A stretch of DNA of 64,000 nt. Origin: an uncultured Christensenellaceae bacterium. GTDB lineage: Bacteria; Bacillota; Clostridia; Christensenellales; UBA3700. Position numbers and translations under genes: made by a program. This document shows positions 51,250-61,287 of this stretch, in pieces. The notes under the pieces are model-generated. The model was not told the DNA's origin. It made no database searches and saw only the letters and a program-made list of their open reading frames with translations. The DNA lies in the NCBI GenBank assembly GCA_944381315.1, contig CALWKR010000031.1, positions 410-64,409 of the forward strand, written 5' to 3'. Every line of letters begins with the position of its first letter. The stretch's first letter is position 1.

Positions 51250-53142
51250 TCACCTCCTCTCTATCGCGCCGAACTTGCAGTTGCTCTCGCACAGTCCGCA
51301 CTTGACGCACTTGGTGCGATCGATGACGTGCGGCTGCTTTACGCTGCCGCTGATCGCCTTGACCGGGCAGTTGCGCGCGCAAAGCGTACAGCCGCGGCAC
51401 TTGTCCGGATCTATGTAGTAGCTGAGCAGCGCCTTGCACACCTTCGCCTCACACTCCTTGCGGACGATGTGCGCCTCGTACTCGTCGCGGAAATAGCGCA
51501 TCGTGGACAGCACCGGATTGGGAGCCGACTGCCCCAGCGCGCACAGCGACGACTGTTTCATATGGTTGGCGAGCTCTTCGATCTTGTCCAGGTCTTCGGG
51601 TTCGCCCTTGCCGTCGGTGATCTTGGTCAGCAATTGCAGCAGCCTCTTGGTGCCGATACGGCAGGGCGTACACTTGCCGCACGACTCGTCGGCAGTGAAT
51701 TCCAGATAGAACTTGGCGATGTCGACCATGCACGAATCTTCGTCCAATATGATCATGCCTCCGCTGCCCATCATAGATCCTATCGCGATCAGGCTGTAAT
51801 AGTCGATCGGCGTGTCTATGCACGACGCGGGGATGCAGCCGCCGGACGGACCGCCCGTCTGCGCCGCCTTGAACTTCTTGCCTCCCGGGATGCCGCCGCC
51901 TATCTCCTCGACGATCTCGCGCAGCGTCGTGCCCATTGGGACTTCGACGAGTCCGACGTTGGTGATCTTGCCTCCGAGAGCGAACACCTTGGTGCCCGAC
52001 GACGACTCGGTGCCTATCGACGAGAACCACGCCGCGCCGTTGAGGATGATGGGGTTGACGTTCGCCCACGTCTCGACATTGTTGAGGATGGTCGGCTTGC
52101 CGAACAAGCCCTTGACCGCCGGGAAAGGCGGCCTCGGACGCGGCTCGCCGCGATGGCCCTCGATGCTGGTCATCAATGCGGTCTCTTCTCCGCACACGAA
52201 CGCGCCTGCGCCCAATCTGATCTCTATGTCAAAGTCAAAGCCCGTGCCGAGGATGTCCTTGCCGAGCAAGCCGTATTCGCGCGCCTGAGAGATCGCTATC
52301 TCCAAGCGCTTGACGGCGACGGGATATTCTGCCCTCACATAGATGTAGCCGTAGTTGGAGCCGATCGCATAGCCGGCGATCGCCATCGCTTCGAGCACGC
52401 AGTGCGGATCGCCTTCGAGCACGGATCTGTCCATGAACGCGCCCGGGTCGCCCTCGTCGGCATTGCAGCAGACATACTTGACGTCGCCCTTGGACGCCTT
52501 GGCGAACGACCATTTGCGCCCCGTCGGCAAACCAGCGCCGCCTCTGCCGCGCAGTCCCGACGCGAGCATCTCGCTGATGACGTCGTCGGGAGTCATCTGC
52601 GTGAGCACTTTTTCGAGAGCGGCATAGTCGCCTGCGGCGATCGCCTCCTCTATGTCCTCGGGAGCGATCACGCCGCAGTTGCGGAGCGCGATGCGCATTT
52701 GCTTTTTGTAAAAAGGAGTCTCGGCGAACGGGATGATGTCGCCGCTGTCCGTTACGGTGCCCGAATAGAGCAGCTCTTTGACTATTTCGCCGCCCTTGAC
52801 AAGATGCTTGCGCACGACTGTCTCGGCATGATCGGGAGTCATCTGCGCATAGAACGCGCCCTCGGGATAGACGATCATGATCGGCCCCAGAGAACACAGC
52901 CCGAAACAGCCTGTCTTGACGACGAGCACGTCGTCAAGCCCCAGCTCGGCGAGCACGCTCTCCAATCTCTCGATGACTTTCATCGAATGCGAGGACGTGC
53001 AGCCCGTGCCGCCGCATACCAAGACTTGCTTGCGGTAGCCCGTCTTTTGGGCGAGCTTTTCGCCCTCCTCTTTGACCAGTCGGCGCACGGCGATCAGGTC
53101 CTTCTTTGCGGCGCGTATCGCGTCAAGCTCTTTGATCGTCAT
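51250..53142 (-). CDS. hydB: NuoF-like NAD(P)H/FMN-binding hydrogenase subunit (HydB)
   Basis: Start ATG 53142 with SD GGAGG. Thioredoxin-like 2Fe-2S N-domain, RGRGGAGLPTGRKW motif, and a C-terminal 2x[4Fe-4S] domain (CRGCTLCARNCP, CVKCGLCESNC). Confidence 0.9.
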   Translation of the reverse strand: MTIKELDAIRAAKKDLIAVRRLVKEEGEKLAQKTGYRKQVLVCGGTGCTSSHSMKVIERLESVLAELGLDDVLVVKTGCFGLCSLGPIMIVYPEGAFYAQMTPDHAETVVRKHLVKGGEIVKELLYSGTVTDSGDIIPFAETPFYKKQMRIALRNCGVIAPEDIEEAIAAGDYAALEKVLTQMTPDDVISEMLASGLRGRGGAGLPTGRKWSFAKASKGDVKYVCCNADEGDPGAFMDRSVLEGDPHCVLEAMAIAGYAIGSNYGYIYVRAEYPVAVKRLEIAISQAREYGLLGKDILGTGFDFDIEIRLGAGAFVCGEETALMTSIEGHRGEPRPRPPFPAVKGLFGKPTILNNVETWANVNPIILNGAAWFSSIGTESSSGTKVFALGGKITNVGLVEVPMGTTLREIVEEIGGGIPGGKKFKAAQTGGPSGGCIPASCIDTPIDYYSLIAIGSMMGSGGMIILDEDSCMVDIAKFYLEFTADESCGKCTPCRIGTKRLLQLLTKITDGKGEPEDLDKIEELANHMKQSSLCALGQSAPNPVLSTMRYFRDEYEAHIVRKECEAKVCKALLSYYIDPDKCRGCTLCARNCPVKAISGSVKQPHVIDRTKCVKCGLCESNCKFGAIERR

Positions 53143-53638
53143 CTTTCGCCTCCCTGTATTGGTCAATGATCGCCTTGACCTTCTCCGGACGGAGCTTGCC
53201 GTACACCTCGTCGTCGATCATCATGACGGGCGCAAGGCCGCATGCGCCTACGCAACGACAACTGTCGATCGAGAACATGCCGTCTTCGGTGCATTCGCCG
53301 CACTTGATGCCGAGCTCTTTTTCGACAGCGTCGAGGATCTTGTCCGAGCCCTTGACATAGCAGGCGGTGCCGAGGCAAACGCTGATGCGGTGTTTGCCCT
53401 TGGGCGTAAGCGAAAATTGGGAATAAAAAGTGGCGACCCCGTAGACCTCGGATAGCGACACTCCCAGCCCTTCGGCTATCAGCGTCTGCACCTCGATCGG
53501 GAGGTAGCCGTAGATCGCTTGCGCGCGTTGCAGCACATGGACCAAGCAGCCGGGGATGTGCTTCGACTCTTCGATAACAGCCGAAAGCTCCGCCTCCTGC
53601 GCGGCAGTGCCGTGGAAACAGCTCTTTTTTTCAGTCAT
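53123..53638 (-). CDS. hydC: NuoE-like 2Fe-2S hydrogenase subunit (HydC)
   Basis: Start ATG 53638 (MTEKKSCFHG). NuoE cysteines CLGTACYVKG...CRCVGACGLAPV. Confidence 0.9.
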   Translation of the reverse strand: MTEKKSCFHGTAAQEAELSAVIEESKHIPGCLVHVLQRAQAIYGYLPIEVQTLIAEGLGVSLSEVYGVATFYSQFSLTPKGKHRISVCLGTACYVKGSDKILDAVEKELGIKCGECTEDGMFSIDSCRCVGACGLAPVMMIDDEVYGKLRPEKVKAIIDQYREAKDDDQRA

Positions 53639-53693
53639 AATCTTCACCCGATAATTGCCGCGGCTTGCGGCTTGTTTATAATTTAACATATCC

Positions 53694-53722
53694 ATTATAT
53701 CAAATATGCAGGCAATATTCAA
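53694..53722 (-). promoter_or_regulatory. Sigma-A-type promoter of hydCBA (TTGAAT-17-TATAAT)
   Basis: Minus strand reads TTGAAT (53717-53722), a 17-nt spacer, and TATAAT (53694-53699). Confidence 0.7.
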
Positions 53723-53778
53723 CATCTTTGGAAAAATTTGTCAAACTTTTGACGATCGTCCGAAAAGATTAGAACGGC

Positions 53779-53808
53779 AAAAAAATATCCGCGGCGAAAA
53801 ACCGCGGA
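53779..53808 (-). terminator. Candidate terminator after the DUF1624 gene
   Basis: Minus strand reads TCCGCGG-TTTTTCG-CCGCGGA followed by TATTTTTTT. Confidence 0.6.
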
Positions 53809-53831
53809 AAACTCGATACAGGTCGCGAAAA

Positions 53832-54707
53832 TCAAATGATCACGAAGTCCCCCGGCGTGACGAACAAAAAGCTGATGATCGCAAAGATGACCGCCAAGAC
53901 GACTTGATGGAGCACATATACCCACAGCGCGATCCTGCCCCAAAAGTCAAAGGGCTTGTGCCAATCGTACTTGCCAAGCCACGGCAACAGCGAGCGACGC
54001 TTGGGATAGAGAAGCGGAGCCATTGCCGCGCCGATCAGCATATATCCTGCCGTGGGGAAGACGGGATAGTAGTCGGAAGAATGGACGGCGTCGGTCGGTT
54101 TGAGCCATCGCGCGAGCCAAAAGAACGTGTCGTCGTCGGCAAAGGCGAAGCGATCCGCCTCAAAGCGCTGCGAACAATAGTAATCTATCAATATTATCGC
54201 GAGCCCGACGACGAGGCAGACGATCGCGGTCTTTTGCCTGTCCTTGTTGCAGCAGACGTTGATGATGACCCAGATGAAGATAGCCACCGCGAACATATGC
54301 AAAATGCCGAAAGTGATCGGCGAACCTATCCATGTCGTGACCACCGTGATGATGCCGGCAAAGAGCGCGACTTCGACCGCGCGGCGAAAGTTGTTTTTGG
54401 AAAAAGAACAGGAGATGCCGCACAGCAGCGCGAATGTGCAGACAACTATGCTCTGCACCGTGAGGCGCAGATCGGACGCCCAATATTGCTGCGAACGCAG
54501 GATGAGCTCTTTGAGGAATTCGCTGTCCGTCACCGCGAGCCACTCCCTGCCGAATTGATAGGCGAGATCGTACATCGCGTGGTCGAAGACCATGAGCAGC
54601 ACGCATACGCCGCGCAAAAAGTCGAGCTCCCAAATGCGGGAGCGCTTGCGGACGTTCTTCTGCGCCATTTCTTCTTGATTCGCGATCGTGTCTCGGAGTT
54701 GTTGCAT
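53832..54707 (-). CDS. DUF1624 / HGSNAT-like acyltransferase-family membrane protein
   Basis: RIWELDFLRGVCVLLMVFDH motif and about 8-9 TMs. The start is uncertain. ATG 54707 (leaderless-like) was chosen, and ATG 54668 is the alternative. Confidence 0.65.
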   Translation of the reverse strand: MQQLRDTIANQEEMAQKNVRKRSRIWELDFLRGVCVLLMVFDHAMYDLAYQFGREWLAVTDSEFLKELILRSQQYWASDLRLTVQSIVVCTFALLCGISCSFSKNNFRRAVEVALFAGIITVVTTWIGSPITFGILHMFAVAIFIWVIINVCCNKDRQKTAIVCLVVGLAIILIDYYCSQRFEADRFAFADDDTFFWLARWLKPTDAVHSSDYYPVFPTAGYMLIGAAMAPLLYPKRRSLLPWLGKYDWHKPFDFWGRIALWVYVLHQVVLAVIFAIISFLFVTPGDFVII

Positions 54708-54713
54708 AAGTTG

Positions 54714-54742
54714 ATTATAACATATGCGCGCTACCAAGGCAA
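54714..54742 (-). promoter_or_regulatory. Sigma-A-type promoter 6 nt upstream of ATG 54707 (TTGCCT-17-TGtTATAAT)
   Basis: Minus strand reads TTGCCT (54737-54742), a 17-nt spacer, TATAAT (54714-19) preceded by TGT, then CAACTT and the ATG. Confidence 0.55.
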
Positions 54743-54757
54743 GTTCAATCGCTCCGC

Positions 54758-55882
54758 TTATTTCGTAAACACGCTCACTCGGACGTCCAGTTTGAGTCTC
54801 GACAGATAGTCGTTGCGCACGAAGTCGGCGCCGTATTTGCGATAGAGCACCTCTCCAAGCCCCAAGACGTCGCACTGCTCGTCGCGGCAGACATTGAAAC
54901 ATTGCTCGACCGCCGACTGCACCGCGCCCGCTATCTGAGCCTTCGCGTCCTCGCCCGGAACGCCGACTTGCCTGCCTCCCTGCGAATGCGACTTTTCGGC
55001 AGGACGGCAGATCAGCGTCAGATCGAGCTGCACTTCGTCCTCTGCGACGGCGCGGTAGTCAAAGCGCGTGTCCAGAATGACGGCCTCTTTGCGCTCCCCG
55101 TCCTCTTCATAGGGAAGCGCGCCGCTGTTGAGCCGCTTGGTCGCATACGAAAGCCCCTTGCTCTCTTCGCGGTCAAGCCTCATCAGATAGCCCTCGCGCG
55201 TCATCACGACCGTCTTGGACAGATCGAGCCGATAGGCGTCCTCCGCCTTGCCCGAGTCGGGAGTCAGGCTGCCCTCTGTCTCTTTGACGACGTTGACGAG
55301 CGGCATATATCCTGCTCCGCCTACGGTGAAATAGTTGAAGAAATAGCGCTGGAGCGTCATCGGGTTCTGCCCTGCCTCGTCGCGGTTGGATTGCAGCATC
55401 TCGATGAGGTGATAGCTGACGACTTCGTTGACCGGCAGCTTGATCTTGAGCAGACGCTTTGCCTCTCCGGGCGCCGCCACGAGCAGCGCGGTGTCGCGGA
55501 CCAGCTCGGACTTGAAAATGTATTCCAGCACGTCGCCGGAACCGCTGCGCAAAAAATCGGTGCCGAACATGATCACGTCGGTATGTGCGAACGACGCTCG
55601 CAGTCCCGTCGTCGTCGACAGCGCCTCTATCGCCTCGCGCAGCGTCGCGCCCTTGCTTTCATAGACGGCGAATCTCCCTCCGCCCGAGCTGACGCCGCCA
55701 TTCTGCGGCAGTACGATCTGGGCGGACAGCTCTATCTCATCGGCACTGCCGTCGATCGCAAGTCCGACGACGATCGCGCGGTCAAGCAGATTTATCCCCG
55801 ACGACAAATTGCCGAACGCGACAAAGAGCACGAACAGCAACGGAATGATTATCCACTTGCGCGACGCGGGTCTCTTGCTCAT
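54758..55882 (-). CDS. Ger(x)C-family spore germination protein
   Basis: Start ATG 55882 forms an ATGA overlap with the gerxB stop. The N-terminus has a TM segment. GerAC-like blocks are present (AIVVGLAIDG, IVLPQNGG). There is no Cys in the signal region. Confidence 0.8.
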   Translation of the reverse strand: MSKRPASRKWIIIPLLFVLFVAFGNLSSGINLLDRAIVVGLAIDGSADEIELSAQIVLPQNGGVSSGGGRFAVYESKGATLREAIEALSTTTGLRASFAHTDVIMFGTDFLRSGSGDVLEYIFKSELVRDTALLVAAPGEAKRLLKIKLPVNEVVSYHLIEMLQSNRDEAGQNPMTLQRYFFNYFTVGGAGYMPLVNVVKETEGSLTPDSGKAEDAYRLDLSKTVVMTREGYLMRLDREESKGLSYATKRLNSGALPYEEDGERKEAVILDTRFDYRAVAEDEVQLDLTLICRPAEKSHSQGGRQVGVPGEDAKAQIAGAVQSAVEQCFNVCRDEQCDVLGLGEVLYRKYGADFVRNDYLSRLKLDVRVSVFTK

Positions 55883-56955
55883 GCCTCTGCTCTCCTGCGG
55901 CGGCGCAGCTCCCACGCCGCCCACACCGTCATCGGCACGACGTATTCGGACAGCGCGGCAAAGTAGCGTATCCAACCGCTGAAAAAAGCGTGCGCCGCCG
56001 CGATGTTGACGACGGCAAACTTGCAGATCACGCCCACAACGACTGCAAGCACAGCCGCGATCAGTCCCCTGTGCCCGACAAAGTGAGCGAGCCCTTCGCA
56101 AGCCGCGCCGAGCAATAGGGACAGCTTGACGGTCGCCATGAGCAGCCACACGCAGACGACCGGGAAGTCGAGCGCGCCGAGCAGACGCGACAGCTTGTTG
56201 AAGATCGCGAGCTTGCCGAACGCATAGGAGATCAATGTCGATCCGCCGCCGTAGACGCTGTTGAACGCGAGCACGAATCCGACGGTGAACACAAAGATGA
56301 AAGCAAGCGAGATCAACACGGGCACGTGTTTTTTGCGAAAGTCGGCAGTGACCGAACAGAACATCAGCGGCGTGAAATCTCCGAACCAAAACAGATATCT
56401 GTCGCACGACGTCGCCACTCTCGCCGACGGCATAAACGGCAGCACGGCGTCCGCTTCGCCCTGAAAATCGGCGAGCAGTATGCTGAGCACTATCACGGCG
56501 GCGACAAGCCAAATGGCGATCTGCGCGACGCGCGCCATCACATTGAAGCCCTTGTAGGCGACATAGGCGATCGCAGGGATAAAGCCTGCGAGCACGAGCC
56601 GCCAAAGCCCCTCGTCGAACAGCGTGGTCGCCGTGTAGCCGATGCACTCCGAACAGAACAGCACCGCTTTGAGCAAACTGCCTGCGACTATGACGACGAG
56701 CGCGCCGTTCTTGACCGCAAGCGATATGTCGAGCGATCGTATCCCGCCTGCGCACGCGATCTTGTAGACAAACGCAAAGACGGCGATGTCGAGCGCGATC
56801 ATGATCGCCATCGCAAACCAAGCCTGTCTGCCGCACTCCCCTGCGAAGTAACGCGGCAGCATAAGCACCTTGAATGTCACCGACGCCATGAACGCGAGCA
56901 CCGCGACTTGGGACGGATAGACGTCGGTCGACGTCATGCTTTTGTGCGCTCTCAT
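55879..56955 (-). CDS. Ger(x)B-family spore germination permease
   Basis: Start ATG 56955 forms an ATGA overlap with the gerxA stop. 358 aa with about 10 TMs, APC-like. Position matches the canonical gerA operon order. Confidence 0.8.
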   Translation of the reverse strand: MRAHKSMTSTDVYPSQVAVLAFMASVTFKVLMLPRYFAGECGRQAWFAMAIMIALDIAVFAFVYKIACAGGIRSLDISLAVKNGALVVIVAGSLLKAVLFCSECIGYTATTLFDEGLWRLVLAGFIPAIAYVAYKGFNVMARVAQIAIWLVAAVIVLSILLADFQGEADAVLPFMPSARVATSCDRYLFWFGDFTPLMFCSVTADFRKKHVPVLISLAFIFVFTVGFVLAFNSVYGGGSTLISYAFGKLAIFNKLSRLLGALDFPVVCVWLLMATVKLSLLLGAACEGLAHFVGHRGLIAAVLAVVVGVICKFAVVNIAAAHAFFSGWIRYFAALSEYVVPMTVWAAWELRRRRRAEA

Positions 56956-58406
56956 CTCTTTATCCTCCTGCGGTTGGCCGTCGGGATGCTGTACGGACGA
57001 GTAGTCTGCTCCATGGCGTTGCCCTTGATCACCGTGTCCTTCCAGTCTTGCGTCAGCGCAGGCGCGAACGGCGCGAGATAGGACGTGCCAAAGTTGCGCA
57101 AGTCGGCAAGATATGCGATCAGTGCGACGCACGCCAAAATAACGCCCAGCAAGCCGAGCACTCCGGCGACGGCGACGAACACGAGCCTGAGCACGGACGC
57201 GGAATTTGCCTCGTCGGGCACGCAATACAGCCCGATCGTGGAGATGGAAATGATAAGCACCGTGGGCATCGACAGCAGCCCGGCGCTGACCGCGGTCTCG
57301 CCGAGAATGAGCGCGCCGACGATGGACAAAGCCATGCCGATGTAACGCGGCATCCTCACGCTCGCTTCGCTCAATATCTCGAAGATCGTGAGCACGACGA
57401 GCATTTCGAGAGTGGGCGTCAGCGGTATCCCGTAGACGGAATTCATGATCGTCACAAGGAATTTGAGCGGAAACATTTGATATTGGAATTCCTGCAACGC
57501 GACATATGCCGCAGGCAGGAGCACCGCGATCGCAAGCGCCATCACGCGCACGCACCTCAACAGCGTCGCGCGGTAGCTCTTGACGTAGTAGTCCTCGGAC
57601 GACTGCAAATGCTCGAACATCACGAACGGCACCGTCAGCACTATCGGCGAGCCGTCGACGACGATAGCGACTCTGCCTTCGAGCATCTTTGCGACGGCGA
57701 TGTCGGGCTTCTCTGTCGAGCCGACTTGGTCGAACAGCGAAAAGTTGTCCTCTTCGAGCCGACGCGCTATATATGCAGCCTCGACGATCCCGTCGATGTC
57801 TATCGAATCTATCCTCTCGTTGACTTGAGCGACGACTTTGCCGTCGGCGACTCCGTCGATGTAGGCGACGCACACCGCCGTCCGCGTCAGTCTGCCGACG
57901 GTCTTCATCTCAAAGCGCAGCTTGGGCGTGCGCAGTCTGCGGCGGATCAGCGTCATGTTGGTCTTCATGTCCTCGACAAATCCCTCGCGCGGTCCGCGCA
58001 ATACGTTGCTGACCGGAGGCTCGGCGACGGCTCTCACCGTGTACTTGCGCTCCGAATAGACATAGACGCACGGCGCGCCGTCGACAAGCAGCGCGATGTC
58101 GCCGTCGGAGACGGCGCAGACGGCTTCCTCTTGGGCGACTGTCTTGATCGGCGTCGTCGGACGCGTGCGCTGCTCCAAGATTTTTTGGATCTCGTCGCCT
58201 CTCGCCGTGTCTCGCGACGCGCGGAGCGGCTCTGCGATGTTGAGCTCGAACACTTCTTTGTCGATCAGTCCGTCCAGCCATACGAACGCGCACTCGCTCC
58301 CCATCGCCGCAAAACGCGTGACGATCAGGTCGCTCGTGTCGCCGAATTCGCCTTTTATGCACTCCAACGCGCGCTCCAAATCGATCATATCTTTGGTGTA
58401 CGCCAT
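56952..58406 (-). CDS. GerA-family spore germination protein (A subunit)
   Basis: LRGPREGFVEDMKTNMTLIRRRL and a C-terminal membrane domain typical of GerAA. ATG 58406 was chosen, and GTG 58472 is possible. Confidence 0.85.
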   Translation of the reverse strand: MAYTKDMIDLERALECIKGEFGDTSDLIVTRFAAMGSECAFVWLDGLIDKEVFELNIAEPLRASRDTARGDEIQKILEQRTRPTTPIKTVAQEEAVCAVSDGDIALLVDGAPCVYVYSERKYTVRAVAEPPVSNVLRGPREGFVEDMKTNMTLIRRRLRTPKLRFEMKTVGRLTRTAVCVAYIDGVADGKVVAQVNERIDSIDIDGIVEAAYIARRLEEDNFSLFDQVGSTEKPDIAVAKMLEGRVAIVVDGSPIVLTVPFVMFEHLQSSEDYYVKSYRATLLRCVRVMALAIAVLLPAAYVALQEFQYQMFPLKFLVTIMNSVYGIPLTPTLEMLVVLTIFEILSEASVRMPRYIGMALSIVGALILGETAVSAGLLSMPTVLIISISTIGLYCVPDEANSASVLRLVFVAVAGVLGLLGVILACVALIAYLADLRNFGTSYLAPFAPALTQDWKDTVIKGNAMEQTTRPYSIPTANRRRIKR

Positions 58407-58496
58407 CGAGCGCGTTATATGCGTTTCGCGGCTTTTCGCGCCTTTTTGCGCCTTTGCGCGCGGATGCGCCACACGCGCGGCTCTATAATGTTAGTC

Positions 58497-60767
58497 ATGA
58501 AAAAGATATTCGATCTGCGCAAGGGCGACCTCGCGCTCTATCTGCTCTCGATCGTCCCCTTCTTCCTCGCCGCCAACGCGAGACTTTGGGACGGGATGTA
58601 CGGGCTCTCGCTCGGGTTGTACGTCGCCCTCGTGTTCTGCCGCTGCAACTATTTTTTGATCTCGCCGATGTTCCTCGCCGGCAGCGCCCTCGTCGATTCG
58701 AGCCTGCAAGGCATACTCTATTGCGCCGCGCCTATCGCGATCTTGGGGATCGCCAAGCTCATCCACTACGCCGCCGCGCGCCCGATGGGGCTCCTCGGCG
58801 CGAACATCTATGCGATGATAGGTCAGCTCCCGTGCTTCTTCTTCGTCCCCGGCGGCTATGAGCTCCGCCTCGCAATCGCCTCCGTCGCCGCCAATCAGCT
58901 GCTCTGCTATTGCGCGATCCTGATCTGCTATGCGCTGATCGTCCGCGGCGTGCGCAACCGCCTGACTTCGGACGAATTGATAGGCGGCGCAGTCGTCGGG
59001 ATCGTCCTATCCCTCGGACTGTACCGCCTCGATCTGTTCGGCTTTTCGCCCTTCTTCGCGGTGCTCGGCTGGACGATAGGCGCGTCCCTTCGCTCCTTCT
59101 CGCCCGTCGGAGGACTGTTGATCGCGTTCTGCATGGGCATGGGCGGCGCCGTCGCCGATCTCGACTTCGCCGTCTGCGGAGCCGTCGTCGCCGCATTCGT
59201 GGCGGCAAGCTCTTTTCGCAAACTGCCCGCATTCTTTCCGTTTGCCGCAACGATGATCGTCGACTTCCTCGCCGGCGCCTTCCTCAACGCCTATCCGTAC
59301 ACTCTCGAACATATCGTCTCTTTCGCATTCGGCGGCGCATGTTATTTGCTGCTTCCGCGCAAAGTCAGATCGAAGCTCGCCGTCTATACGCCCGAAGACA
59401 GGCTCGCGAGCGCAAAGCGCATGCTCGCCCACGGCAGAAGCGAAGTATTCGCGCGGCTCAACGATATTGCAGGCGTGTTTTTCGAAATGGGCAAAAGCTT
59501 TGCCGTCGCGTCGGACCGCCCCGAAAACAGACAGCCTGCCGCCCGGGAGATCGCCAAGGACGTAATGCTGGGCGTCTGCGCCCAATGTCCGTCGCGCGAC
59601 GCGTGTCAGCACGCGCTGGGCGGAGACACCGCGCCTCTGTTTGTCTCCGCGGCGTCGTCCGCGCTCACCCAAGACGGCGCGTCGCCTGCCGATATGCCGC
59701 CGTTCGTGCTGTCGCGCTGCGATCGGATAGACGCGCTCGTCGCCCGTTGCAACGACGCCGCCGCGAGATATCGCCGACGAGAGGAAAACGCGAAACGCCT
59801 CGATCTGTCGCGGCGAGTGATTGGCGAGCAGATGTACGGCGTCGGCAACATCCTCAGCGACATCGCCGACGATGTGAACGGCGGCATCTCGGTCGACGAC
59901 TCCGAAGAAGATAAATTGATCGAAAAATTGAGTTACAAAAACATCGTCTGCACCGAAGCGGTGCTCTACAACAAATCGGGGAAGATACGCGCGTCCGTCA
60001 CGGTGCGCCGCGACGACGCTTCAAAAGACCAATTGGACAAGACGATCGACGAAGTCCTCGGCTGCGCGATGCAGCGCCAAGGCGATCCTCAGCCGTGCGG
60101 CAAAGATCGCGTGTCGTTGTCATACGTCGCGCGCCCGAGATACGGCGCGATCTACGGCGAGGCGACTGTGCGCAAAGACGATTCGGACGGCAACGGCGAC
60201 AGCCGCGCCGTGCGCAAACTCAGCAGAGACAAGCTCTTTGTCGCCGTCTGCGACGGTATGGGCAGCGGCGCGCCTGCGGCAGCCAACAGCGCGTCCACTC
60301 TCGCGATGGTCGAAAAATTCTATCGCGCAGGTTTCGGCAACGACGCCGCGCTCAATATGATCAACCGCATCCTCATGCTCAAAGGCGCGGACGAGTTTTC
60401 CGCGCTCGACATCTGCGTGCTCGACTTGCAGACTGCTCTCGCGCACTTCGTCAAACTGGGCGGAGTGCAGAGCTTCATCAAACGCGATCAAAACGTCGAC
60501 GTCATAGACTCGTGCGCGCTCCCTATCGGGATCGTAGAAGAGGCGACGCCATACGCAGACTCGCGCATGCTTTCGCCCACGGACAGCGTCGTGCTGGTCT
60601 CGGACGGGATAGTCGACGCCCTCGGTACGGACGGCATAAAGCTCATCTTGTCGCGCACCGATTCGCTCTCTCCGCAAGAGCTGTGCGACACGCTGCTCGC
60701 GCACGCGACCAAGCACGGAGCCAACGACGACTCCACGGTCGTCGCGGTCAGACTGTTCGCCGCATAA
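58497..60767 (+). CDS. spoIIE: Stage II sporulation protein E (membrane PP2C phosphatase)
   Basis: 756 aa from ATG 58497. About 10 N-terminal TMs, a central region, and a C-terminal PP2C domain (VAVCDGMGSG, LVSDGIVD). The upstream part of the 1239-aa ORF is antisense to gerxA. Confidence 0.85.
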   Translation: MKKIFDLRKGDLALYLLSIVPFFLAANARLWDGMYGLSLGLYVALVFCRCNYFLISPMFLAGSALVDSSLQGILYCAAPIAILGIAKLIHYAAARPMGLLGANIYAMIGQLPCFFFVPGGYELRLAIASVAANQLLCYCAILICYALIVRGVRNRLTSDELIGGAVVGIVLSLGLYRLDLFGFSPFFAVLGWTIGASLRSFSPVGGLLIAFCMGMGGAVADLDFAVCGAVVAAFVAASSFRKLPAFFPFAATMIVDFLAGAFLNAYPYTLEHIVSFAFGGACYLLLPRKVRSKLAVYTPEDRLASAKRMLAHGRSEVFARLNDIAGVFFEMGKSFAVASDRPENRQPAAREIAKDVMLGVCAQCPSRDACQHALGGDTAPLFVSAASSALTQDGASPADMPPFVLSRCDRIDALVARCNDAAARYRRREENAKRLDLSRRVIGEQMYGVGNILSDIADDVNGGISVDDSEEDKLIEKLSYKNIVCTEAVLYNKSGKIRASVTVRRDDASKDQLDKTIDEVLGCAMQRQGDPQPCGKDRVSLSYVARPRYGAIYGEATVRKDDSDGNGDSRAVRKLSRDKLFVAVCDGMGSGAPAAANSASTLAMVEKFYRAGFGNDAALNMINRILMLKGADEFSALDICVLDLQTALAHFVKLGGVQSFIKRDQNVDVIDSCALPIGIVEEATPYADSRMLSPTDSVVLVSDGIVDALGTDGIKLILSRTDSLSPQELCDTLLAHATKHGANDDSTVVAVRLFAA

Positions 60768-60803
60768 AACAAAAAAAGCGCCCTCGGGACATGCTCGGGG
60801 CGC
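60766..60803 (-). terminator. Terminator after the DUF1893 gene (may also serve spoIIE)
   Basis: Stem GCGCCCT (60778-60784) / GGGGCGC (60797-60803). On the minus strand it is followed by TTTTTTTGTTTT. Confidence 0.6.
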
Positions 60804-60815
60804 ATCCGTGCGGCG

Positions 60816-61247
60816 TCATTTCGCCGATCGCAATTCTGCTGCTCTCTTTCGCAACGCCGCGATCGCGGCGACGGGATCTTCGATCTCGGCAACCGCCTCT
60901 TCCATAGGGCATTGCCCCGTTCCTTTGCGGTTGATTATGATGTCTGCGAGCTCGTCGCACTCGGCTTCTATCCCATGCTCCGCAAGCGTCATTGCGCCTT
61001 TCTTTGACATCACTTGCGCGTGTACGGCATCGGGCTTGAGGACGGCATAGATCATAGCCGCCGCCTTGCCGACGATCTTGTCCGCGACATAGTATCCGCC
61101 AAGGTCGACGCCCTCGCTCTGCCACTCCAAAAGCGGCGCGATCCCTCTCATGTCGGACGTGCGCAACACTTCGCCGTCGCTTGCCGCGACGGTGCGCTCT
61201 CCCGAACTCACGAGGGCTTTCAGATATTGTCTGTCATAGCGTTTCAT
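60816..61247 (-). CDS. DUF1893 domain protein
   Basis: ADKIVGKAAAMIY and IINRKGTGQCPMEEAVAEIEDP blocks match my recollection of DUF1893. ATG 61247 was chosen, and GTG 61259 is possible. Confidence 0.7.
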   Translation of the reverse strand: MKRYDRQYLKALVSSGERTVAASDGEVLRTSDMRGIAPLLEWQSEGVDLGGYYVADKIVGKAAAMIYAVLKPDAVHAQVMSKKGAMTLAEHGIEAECDELADIIINRKGTGQCPMEEAVAEIEDPVAAIAALRKRAAELRSAK

Positions 61248-61287
61248 AGACACAGGCACCTAAATTTATCGGTTTTATGACGAGTGA

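Noticed and set aside
57048-58496. N-terminal 483 codons of the 1239-aa ORF that contains spoIIE
   Set aside because: This part is antisense to gerxA and has shadow-ORF composition. SpoIIE-like sequence (TM segments, then PP2C) begins only at ATG 58497.
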